Virus record (IMG/VR): IMGVR_UViG_3300048837_000614
Location: 21,920 to 85,919 of that record
Source of the DNA: a virus
Length of the DNA: 64,000 bases
Reading direction: 5' to 3' (one strand)
How positions within the stretch are numbered: position 1 is the stretch's first letter; every line of letters starts with the position of its first letter. Position numbers and translations under genes: made by a program. Positions 10,851-22,800 of this stretch are shown piece after piece. Below the pieces are notes generated by a model. The model was not told where the DNA came from, did not search any database, and saw nothing but the letters and a program-made list of their open reading frames with translations.

Positions 10851-13800
10851 ATGGCAGTCGCAAGAGTTGATAATCCCTGGGTAAGAAATTTAACATTAGC
10901 ACCTTCAAGAGTCTATGCTACGTCTCCTTATAGACCCTATGCGGGTGTTTTCAATAATAGAGTAAACGTATCTACAGAACAATACCAAGATAATTTTATT
11001 AGAGCTCTAAGTCCATTTAGTATCAATGATAAAAATGTAATCAATGCTATTCGCAAAGAATACAATATCGTTGATAATGGAAATTATAGAATGTCATCTA
11101 ATGTAGGTTTCGGAGTTGGTGCTGTTGCCGGTGTTGTTGCATCTGGTGTTTTATATGGAAGTACAATAACGACATTAGCGAATGCAGCCATTTATGGTGG
11201 TATGTTATCCTTTAACCCTGTAGGTTGGACTGCTGCTGCAGTTGGTACTGTTTTAGCTGTAGCAGGAACAATTATGACCTCTGCCGAATTAGGTAGGGCT
11301 ATAGGTGCTTCTGTAGGCTCTAGAGAAGGTTCTATCGCTATGAGTAGATATCTTGCTAACCTTGGAAACTCAATGGTTAAGAGACCTACATCAACGGTTT
11401 TAACAGTAGCAACTATATTCGCAACTAATTGGGCTTTAAATAAAACTCCACTTAAATCTCCTATCGTAAGACAAGGTATAACAATGACTGCAATGAGAGT
11501 TGTAAGACCTATCGCTGACAAATTAGACGATAGTCTTTTTGGTGAACTGAGTGAAGTAGATCAAATGTCTTACACTGATTTACTTTCATTGCAAGGAGAT
11601 TTGGCTGATAACTTCTCTGGTACTTCTTTAGTTAAGGGTGCTTTGGCTGGTGTATCTGGAGATGAAGGAAAGACAAAAGAACTTATTGCAAAAATGTACG
11701 GTAGACACGAAGAAGGTTTTGATCCACTCGACTTCATGGATGTTCGTGAAGCTTGGGGGATTGACATAGGAACATTTGGAAATGGTGTTATCGACATCCT
11801 TGGTGAAATAGTTTTTGATACGGATAATTCATTAAACACAATTAAAAATAAAACAACTACTACAATCTCAACATCGATTAAAAATCAAGTAGTAAAGAAA
11901 ATCCTCTCTAATGAGAACGGAGATTTATTTAAGAGATACTTTGAAAAAGTAGAAACTAAAAATCCGGACGGAACTATTAAGACAGAAATCAAAGCTAAGG
12001 ATACTTTTAAAAATGAATTTCAAAATAAGATTATCCAAAGAGTAGTTGAAAAATATTTAGACGATTACAAAGACCCTTCTACAGCTAAAACAGCCGAAGA
12101 AAGAAATGCAATTTTCAAAGAGAACAACGAGAAGTTGGACCACCACATTGGTGATCTTTATATCTATCTCTATAGAAAAGGTTTAGCTAACATCAAAGAA
12201 GACTCTTTAAAGATAGTTGAAGCACAAAAGATTATCGGTGAAATCAAAAAAGAAATTCAAGAAGGGCTTGAGGCTCATTCTGGTTACATGGAAAAGAATG
12301 TAAGCAATAAAACGAAATACGCTAAAGCTGTTAAGACAATGATAGAGTCACAAAAAGAAGCCACTAAAATTGTCAATCAAAACTTTAAAAACAATGTCTA
12401 TAACTTTGATAAAGCAATGCTTAAAGAGTTTCAAATACACAAAGCAGATTTCGATCATAACTATATTACAGGATTGTTAAAATTACATCCTGCATTTTAT
12501 CTTTACTCTGAAGCAAATAATAAAAACATGAGAGTCTTAGGTTATTTCACGAGACCTTTTCAGTCTGCAATTGCAAGTAAACCAGGAAGAAAAGTAATTC
12601 AAAATGTTTTAAATAAGATTCAAAGAAAGTATGATCCTTACAAGAAGATAACCAAGGTTGATGAAATTATGCAATATGATAATCCTATAACCAAGGAACA
12701 ACAAAAAGAAGCATTAGAAAAGCTTAAACAATTTGATGATGTCTTGAAGGCTCAACTCAATAAATTTGAAGAAGAAAAAATGAGACAAACACTCGGACAA
12801 GCTGAGATAGATAAACTCCTAAAAGAGTTAAATGACATCGAGGAATTTTTCGCAACTAATAAATTAACTGATGCTGAAAAAATTAAGTACGAGAAATTTG
12901 AAGCACGTCAAAAGGAACTAACTAAGAAATATGCTGAAGCTAAAGCAGAAGCAATTAAGAAGATGGAAGTAGAAGATAAAAAGGCTTACGCACGTTATAA
13001 GAAATCTTTAAAGACAATCAACGATAGATACAAACAACTTATAGCTAATGCAGAACTTGTAGATAAATACATGGAAATGACTAAGTTTGAATATGTCAAC
13101 AAAGGCGTTAGACAAAAAATGGAAGTCAATAAAGACACCGAACAAGAGGTTTTAGACATTATTAAAGAATTAGAAGCGAAAAAAGATTTATCCGGTGATG
13201 AAAGAATCACTTTAGAAAACGCTAAGTTCGCATACTTCTTATATATGAAGGAAGATTTATTCAAAAAAGGGTATCAAGAAATAACTTCAAATTATAATAA
13301 AGTAATTAAGTTTATTCAAAACTTCGAAACGTGGTTTACAGAAAACGCCTTTAAGCTGGAATCTTTAGTATTAAATACTACGATATTCTCTGAAGTAAAA
13401 CAACTTCAAAAAGAGATAAGAGATATAGATGCTAAACCATCTAAAACTCAAGATGAACTTGTTTTAGCAGAAAAAGAGAGAATTAAATCGAGATACGAAG
13501 GTTTGATTAAGACTGTATATGCCAACCTGGAGAATGCGGAAGTATTCGACAAGAAAACAAGAGATGAAATCATCAAAGCTTTAGAAGGGGATGAGATGAT
13601 TGAACTTCCTATTTTCTACGCAACAAATTTCTTTTCTGGAATCAAATTATTCGAACAAGACAAATCTTTCTTCTTAAATAACAGAGCCCTATTCGATGAA
13701 TTTAATAAAAGAATTTTAGAAGATGAAACTCAAGATCTATTAGATAGACTTAAGGATTCTATCATTAGAAAATCAAAAACAAAGTTTGAGTTTAAACAGA

Positions 13801-16800
13801 AGACTGAGTTCATCAATAACAAAGAATTACTTATAAAGAAAATTCAAAAGATACTTTTAGATTTGAATACAAAAGAAGATCCAGATAATCCTGGTTCAAA
13901 ATTGTTGTCTGATGAAAATTATGAACTACTAAAACAAAACATCGAAGGCGTTGCAACAAGTTTAATCAATACAAATAGATCGATGCAAGTAGACCCTACA
14001 ACATTAAGAAAAAATAACATGTACTCTAAGCGTTTTTCTGAACTATCACAGAATGATATCTTAGACTACGCTTTTAGACTTGCCACAAAGAACAATGAAT
14101 TCTTAGGTACTGAATCAAAAATGATTGATAACGTTTTAAAAAACTTAGACCATTCAATCAAACAACTTCTACAAGTCGTTAAAGAAAGTAACAATGGAAA
14201 ACTTAACTTCTTAGAAGGTTTTATTAACGAAAGCATTAGACGTCAAATGTATAAAATAAACAGTTCTAAAATCATCAATGCGATTAGTGCGAAGTATCTG
14301 CGTGTAGGACAATCGAAGAATTACTTTTTAAACCCAGAAGTTGAAGGTAAAAAGATTAAGGCTCTTAGTGAAAAAGCTCTTAAGAAAATTTCAAACAAGA
14401 AATATAAGTTTGAAACAACTGATAAAGATGTTATTAAACAAGGTATTGCTGCAGAGTTCTTAGAATCATTTAAAGGTACACCTATGTATGACTTACTAAT
14501 CAAGATGGGATTCGAAAAAATAATCAATGATAATGTTTCAGTAATAGATAAGGAAGAGGTTAAACCTAAAAAAGTAAAAAAGAGAGGTAAATCTCAGGAA
14601 GAGAAAGACTTCGAAGAACGTGGATTAACTTACACAAGATTAGTTGATGGAATCGTTAAAGATATCGAAATTAAAACAGGTAAAGTTTTAGATAACGAAG
14701 CAAGAAAGAAAATCTCACAAGCAGTTGCAAAAGCTATTAACGATCAAATAGGCTTAGTCAAGTCTGAATATGAAATCAAGAGAATGGAAAGTGCAGGATC
14801 TAAAAAAGTTTTCGATGATGTCTTCATGAATAAACTTGCTGAATCATTCTTCGGTAAATTAGTTGACGTTGAAAACTTAAGTTCAATCTTAAGAGGGAAT
14901 AAAAGTTTACCTAAAACTAAAATAGATATGACTAAACCTGATCCAGAATCTGGAGTAAAAGGAAACCCATATCGTAATGCGATTATCAACTTCATGTTAA
15001 ATAATGAACCTACAGTTGAAAACATAATGAAGTTAAAATTACAACCATTCGGAACTTACTTGAACTTCGATGGTAAGGCTGTTTCTTTAGAGTCCATTGT
15101 TCAAATAGGCGAAGAAAATTTAGTTGGTGCATGGGCTGAAAAATATCGTTCTGACTTTAGTGAAAAAAATGAATATGGAGAACCTATAAACGATCCTTTA
15201 GTTTTTGAATTCTTTAGAGGAATTGACGTAACTAAAGAAAGCAATGAAGGGTATGAGAGACATGTAGATGCTTCCTTTAATTTACCTAATTCGCTTAGAA
15301 ATAAAAAAGGTCTTCAAAATCTAAAGGACGAAGATTTCGTAGAAGTCAAAGATGATTTTGAAAGTGATGGAACAATAGCAAATGATTTTATTAGAGTTTT
15401 CAAAGAAAGCGACTACGGACACAACTTCAAAAAAATAGCAATTCATAAAGGACAATTTGTATTTGATGATGTCATTAGAGGCAAAACAGTCACAAACGAT
15501 ATCATAGTTATTAGAATCACGACTACGGGAAATAAGAGTTATGACTTCTATGTCCCTAGAGAAATAATTAAAACTTATGGCGATCAAAAGATAGCGACAT
15601 ATAAAGTAAACAATAATGAATACATGAGAGTCATGATTGAAGGAGAAGATGAAAAATCTCTCGCTTATTTAGACAACATTAGTAAAGCTATTGAAAAAGA
15701 CTTTATCAATCGCAAAATGATTAGTGATGAATTCAAGCAAAAGTTTGAACCGTTCTCAGTCCAAAAAGAAATCTTTAGATTATTTTCTAAACAAAGAAAT
15801 ATAGGCGATACTCATGAACTCATCACAGACTTTGTCTATTTAGATCCTGATAAAACTGATTACGAAAAATTAGTTTACTCACTTATGAGAAGACTTGACG
15901 AAGGTAAGAGAAAGAACTTAACTAAAAATAAAGCCTTTAGAGATGATTATAAAAAGAATGGTTATTATTTTGACTATACACAAAGTGATCCTAAAGTAGT
16001 TGTTAAGGGAATCAAATTAAATAGTGGTGAATTTCAGTCTATAACAAGAATTTTTTCTCCGCTTGGTATCTTTACAGGTCGTGCCGAAAGAAGTGCTTTA
16101 GCGGCCAACGCAAGACGTAATGCGATTGAATTAGATACAAACGAACTACCTTTCTTATCATCATTGTTTATTCAACAGAATCCTGAACTTTCCCAATTTG
16201 AAAAAGGTGGTTTTAATGCACGTGTATATTTAAAGGACACTTACTTAGATAACGGAAGTTCAACACATAATGAAACAGTGATTATGAGAGAAGGTTTCGC
16301 AAGACAAAAATTTATTAAGAATGGTGTTCCAATGGATCTTTCCAATGGTATGAAAATCATAGATAGATACTCATCTAAACATGGCGTGAGAATAGTTTCA
16401 GAAGATGAATGGAAAGAGATGTTCAAAGGTGATGATAAAGCTTTAAACTCAGATGTTATCATGTCGAAGAGAACGGTTAGAAAGAGAACGCTTTGGAATG
16501 TTGAAGCTGAACTTGCTATGAATGGTTTGGATGGAACAAGAAAATATATTGATAGCGAAATGAAAGGCAAGACAGATGAAGAAAAATTAGAATATCTTAA
16601 ATCGGAGACAAAAGATGGAAATCTTGAAGGCGATCACGGATATCTTTATATGTTTCTAACTGATGATTTAAGCGATAACAATGGAAGAGGTTATAAAGTT
16701 GCTGGAGATAACGACTCAAGCAATGGTGCAAAAATATCCATTGAAGAATGGCAAATGTTTAGTGCGTTAAGAGAAATCACTTACGCTGAAAATGGAAGTA

Positions 16801-19800
16801 GACAACCTATAGATCCTAATGGGGAATTATTCGACTTCTTATGGAAAAGAACTAAAACTCCTGAATCGGAATTAAGAGAATCTATCTATGGAAATGTAAA
16901 TGCAACCACAGGTAAGCAAGGGAAGTTTAGAAAAGAAATCATCGAAAGAAGAATGCCTAACTCTGCATACGCTAAAGCAATATCAAATACAAAATTAGCT
17001 AAGAATGAAATAGGAATACCAAGAGCGATGGCTGAGTCCATGGGTATTATCGTTAAAATCGAAGATGGATCTTATAGCAATACAACATCAAGTTCACAAT
17101 ATGTTTTATTACATCGTTCTCCAACACAAGGTAGAAGAAGTTTTGTTTATGCCAAAGTTAAAATCCTAGACGATGTTAAAGGAATGGTAAACAAAGCGAT
17201 AGAAGTTAATCCTGCGTTTGAAGAAGCATTAAACCTTGACTTTGACGGTGATGGTGTTTCTATTTTCTCGTTGAAAGATGCGACTCCTGACATTTTAAAA
17301 ATTGCTGAAACTGCATTTAGCCATAGTTATAAAGAAAAAACAAACTACAGCGATTACACTTTAAGAAATGAATATGGTATTAAACACAAAGATGTTGATA
17401 TGAAAACTGAAAAAGATTTTGATATTAATAGAGATAAAAAAGATATATTAAACGAGGAAGCAAAACCAAAAGGTTATAAACCCTCATTTGTTTCTGAAGA
17501 TCAATGGGATAATGTTATGTTAAACCAAAAGACTTTAAAAGATTATTCTGGGTTATTTAAAAACATATTTGATGCCGATTACCAGGACTATATTTCTAGT
17601 AAAGAAAATATGGATTGGTTTAATAAAACATTCAAAACTGAAGACATATCAAACGTTAAATTTGAATCGTTTTATGCACTTACAACACTAGCATATGACT
17701 TTTATTCGCAAAAGACATTTGACTTCTCTAAGCATAGTAGACCAGGTGAAAAAGAATCTTTCGATGCAATTTATTCTATTATCAAGAAAAAAGGTGGAGA
17801 AACTTTTGAGAATCACATTAGAAAATTAGTTAAAGTTCTTATGTTTGATATAACAAATACCCAAAAGAAGAATAGTAAAATAGAGTTAATCAACAAGAGA
17901 AAAGATATTTCTGATTCAGAAAAAAGCAGACTATCTGATATAGAAGTTCAAAAATATCTTTACAAATTACGAGAATTCTTAAAAGAGGTAAGTAGAGAAG
18001 AACAAAGATTAGGTAAGACTAAACCCGAGATAATTAAAGAAGCTGAAACTAAAGAAATTGAAGGCGAAAAAGTTAAACCTGAAGAAGAACTACCAAAACA
18101 ATTTGAAGAAGCTGACAACCAATTACTTAGAGATATCAATAAGATTTTAAAAGATAATGGTTTAGAAGAAACTACTATGGACCAATTGGGTGCATTTAAG
18201 TCTGATAAGTTACTTTCGATTACAGGTGCATTCGATCAAAACGAAATCAAACATTTTAATCTCAATGATTGGAACTTAGACCTTAAAGGTGTAAATCAAG
18301 TCTTTAGTTTTATGCTGAAGATGAATCAAGATATCGCCAAAGCAGCAAAAAGAAAGATGAAAACTAATGATAAAGTTTTAGAACCATTCCACAAAGCGTT
18401 TACAACTTATATAAGACAAGTGATACAGTCTTTTTATCAAGATCCTGATGTACTTAAAAACTTGTATCTTATTAAGATTGTAGAAATAAATGGGGAAGAA
18501 GTCCCTGAAAAGATAAGTTTCTTAGAATTGATTAATGTTTTTGGTTTGAAACCAGACGGAAAGTCCAAGAGAAGTATAGCCACATTTAAAAACATAAACC
18601 CTGCAATCACTAAAATGGATAGCATAGGTGTTAATAAAGATGTATTAAGACTAGATGATAAGCGTCTAAGAAGTTTTTATATAAGCAATGAGTCTGCATT
18701 CGAATCACCTAAATTAAATCGTTTAACGAATGAATTATTTACGAAGGTTCATAACAACATTAGAAAGACATTAAACAATATGGGTTTAGGTGGAACACCT
18801 GTATTCAGCCCACTATTACACAACAAGTTGTTATTTAAACAAAATGTTTTTGACTCAATGTATCAAGCTCTTATGAGCAACGAAGAAGATAAATCTATAC
18901 TCGTGGATATCTTAAGAGATATGGGCGATGAAGATTCTATCAATGAATTAAAAGAAATCTTCAAACCATTCTTCATGTTTCAAACTGTTGCCCAATTCTT
19001 ATCGGGTGATAAGAGAACAAACTTCATTAAATACCTATATCAAGTTGAGGGTATTTTTGACGACACGATAAAGACGGTTATTCCAGAAAAGAAAACAGGT
19101 GCACTTGTTAAGAACTTAATCCGTTGGAACTTGATGAAAACAGGTGAACCCTACGAAGATTTTGGAAACGAGATTAAAGTTCTACTTAATACGAATGATG
19201 ATAAGGTTGTAGATGAAATCGTTGAGATCTATTATCAAATGAGAAATGGTTTATTGGATAAAGATACATATGGTTCAATGAGTCAATTCGATAAAATGGA
19301 TAGAGAGTTTAAATTAGATTTATTAGTCAAGATACACGAAATTAAGAACGGTAAGTTCGTAGAAAAGTTCGGAAGTAAGTATGGAATCACTCAAGAAGAT
19401 TTGAGAGAGAAAACTGAAAACTTCGAAATAGATGATAAGGTCATGGCTAAGTTCTTTAGAATTTATGACTATGCTTTTGACACAATTGAAGGAACTTTCG
19501 ATATTAAGAATAGACAAAGAATCACAAGTGCTTTAGAAAAAGAAAAGATTAACTTTGGTTTAGTAAGTAATGTGATTAAAAATGCTAACTATGAGTTATC
19601 AAAACTTGTGGCAAACACAATTACCATTCAAAACTCCAAAGGCGAAGCTGAAGATGTTAATCCATATCCATTTAGAAGTTTATTACACCCAAATAACATC
19701 GAAGAAAATTCCATAATACTTATGAATGCGAACAAGAATAAGATGGCTAAAAACCTTACTGAACGTTTCTACAGATTAGTTATGAAAGCTTTCAACAAAG

Positions 19801-22800
19801 AGGGTGCCGATAGTGAAATGACTAAGGAGATCCAAAAGATAAGTAATGATTTGAAAGCCGGTAATGACATCATGTCCTTATATTTATTTGAGGGTAAAGA
19901 TATTGGAAGTTTTATCAAATTACTCAATGATTTAATTAACAATCAACAAACATTTACGATTCCATTGACGGATAGAATATTCAAATATTTCTTACACTTC
20001 AATGAAATGTCTAAAGTTATGGGTTTCGACAAGAAGATAATGCCTGGTACTATTGACGCTTACTACAGAGATATTAAAGGATCAAACGTTGTAGATAGCG
20101 AAGGCAATATTAAAATGAATAATATTTACCGTATCATGTTCTTCGATTACGTTTACGGAGAGGGTATGCAAATCAATGCAAGAAATAACACTCCTGAGTT
20201 CCAGGAAGCATTTAACAATTTAGTTTCTTACTTTGATAAGAACCCTAACATGAATACATTTGGTTTACATCCACACGCATTTGTTGAAACATTCTTTGGT
20301 AAGATGTTATTTGAACAAAGAGTTGAAAGCGAAAAGCACACCATTAAAGAAGATCCAAAACCTATCCAAGAAAAACTCATAGAGTATTACAAGGATAGAA
20401 TTAAAGAACTTGAAGTGCTTTCCAAAAATAGAGATTCAACAAGCAACGAATATCTTAAAGCAATGGAAGAAGCAACAGAAAAAGGCGAAACTTTAGATTT
20501 AAGTCAAATTACGATTGATCCTGTTAAGCAACAAGAAATATTAGACGCCTACAAAAAATATTTATCTGTAGAACTTCTTGAAGAAAAGATTGTAGATGAT
20601 AAAGTTTCTAACGTATTCGATACATTTGAGTGGTCGAAGTACATAGGTCAAGAAGGTGTTGAGTTTAATACCAAAAACCTATTTAACATTTATGCTCAAC
20701 TTATTGGTAAAAAAGAATTTCCACAAGAAGAAATCGTCAAGCTAACTGAAGAGTTATCTCAAGAGATTATTAGAGATAATACAAACGCTAATTTCAAGTT
20801 TAAAGGTAATAAGAAGATACATACAGCGTTGATAGATGCACAACTTAACTTAAAAGTAATGGATCTTATCGTTAGAGAGTTCGAAAAGAACGAAGGTAGA
20901 TATAAAGACTACCAAGAGTTAAAAACTCTTATAAACGATTTTAAAGACCCAAGCAAGAAGAAGAACTTTGCTATCATAGATAGTGAAAACTTAGTTTCTG
21001 GAAATGACTACAACCGTATTTATGAAATCTCATACATAACGTTTGATGATAATGGTAAGCCTTTATATCATCAACATTATTTGAAGTATGACATTGATAA
21101 AAGAACTGAAAATTGGTTGAAGAAGATGGGTTATAGCGATAAAGAAATTCAAATTATCAAAGACAACATGAAGAATATCGCTGATCCAGATTACAACAAA
21201 AAGATTTATGAACAAGTTTTTGCTGATTTAAAAGGTAAAAACCTTATTGGACAAAGTGTCAAATCACAAGGCGACACTCCGGGTGATATCGGTAAATTGA
21301 ATTACGAATATCAACAAATTCTTAAGAATGATGTTCGTAAAACGATTAAGAAACATAATGAAAAAGAACAAGAGTTCTTAGATAACATTAAAGAATCAAG
21401 CATGAAAGACTTGATGAAGAATGTAGATAGCACTGAACTTAATTCAACAGCTCAAGCTGATATGATGATGAAAGTTTTAATTGACATCGTTAAAGAAGAT
21501 TTGAACGAAAAGATTTTACCTCAAGGCGTTGAAAAAATTGACAACGAACAATTTAATACACACATATCAAAGACTTCAGAATTAATGAGAGTGTTTATTG
21601 AAGAAAACAATCAAGACATTCTTAAACTTCGTATGGAAGAAATCTTAGAGATCGATGAAATGCCTAAAGAAGTATTTGATGCAATCTTAAAGAAATTCGA
21701 AGATAAATTCAACGAATTAAAAGGTGAAAACAATGATGGCGTACTTGTGATGAAGTGGCCTAGAATTGTTAAAACTGAAGATGGTGTAAGAGTAGAGTTT
21801 TTAGAAGTTGATGAAAAAGAAATCGTTGGCAAAAATGAAGAGTTCTTAGTTAAGAAAGTAAGATTCGACTCTGACGATGTTCGTGCAAATTACTTATTTA
21901 GAAGTCGTGCCTTTTATGAAATCATCAAAGAAGTCAAGGACATGATTATCATTCGTGGTATACCACATGAACATTTAGGTAAGACAGTTCAAAGAACAAT
22001 TACCTTAAATCAATACGAAATGCTTAATCGCAAAATCGTAAGATTACAAGGCAAGCTTGATGATAAAAATCTAAAAGTTAAAAAGCATTTAGATGATGCA
22101 ACAAAGTTTATGATGGAAGGTAACGAAGTCGAATACCTTGTATCCATGAATAAAGCAATAAAAGAATATGAAAAAACAAATTCTAAGATGGATGCTTTTA
22201 CAGATATCGATTTAGAAACCGACTCAAACAAGGTCGATTTATTCTTGAAAGAACAAGTCGAAAAGAATACAGGCCAAATGGCTAACATTCCAATGTGGAG
22301 AGTTGAACAACACTTCGCAGATATGATTTCTAAATTCTATAAAGATACTTTGGCATCGAAAAGAACGATTGAAGAAAAAGAACAAGATTATAAGTACATC
22401 GCTAAAATCGAAGATATTATTACAGCTTTAGAGTATGAAGATATGAACACTTTAGATTTCAAGCGATTTGCTGACATCGTAGGTTTAAATGAGTATGGCG
22501 ATTTCGGTAGAGAAATACATACACAACTTATGGAAACTTACGAAGATTACAAGAAAAACGGTATACCATTCTTCTATGCAGGAAGTGACAAACCTTATTC
22601 AACACTTGAATATAAAGAAGATGGCGAAAACCTATTTAAAAAAATGGCTTTCTATGCAATACTCAATCCACGTAGTGATGATAAAAAAACTTTAGGAAGT
22701 TTCTTGAAGATGATTATCTCTGAAGAAGGCGTTAGAGAATACAAACGCTATGACATCGATGAAACAAAGCAAACCGAAATAGATAAAGTAAAATCTAAGT

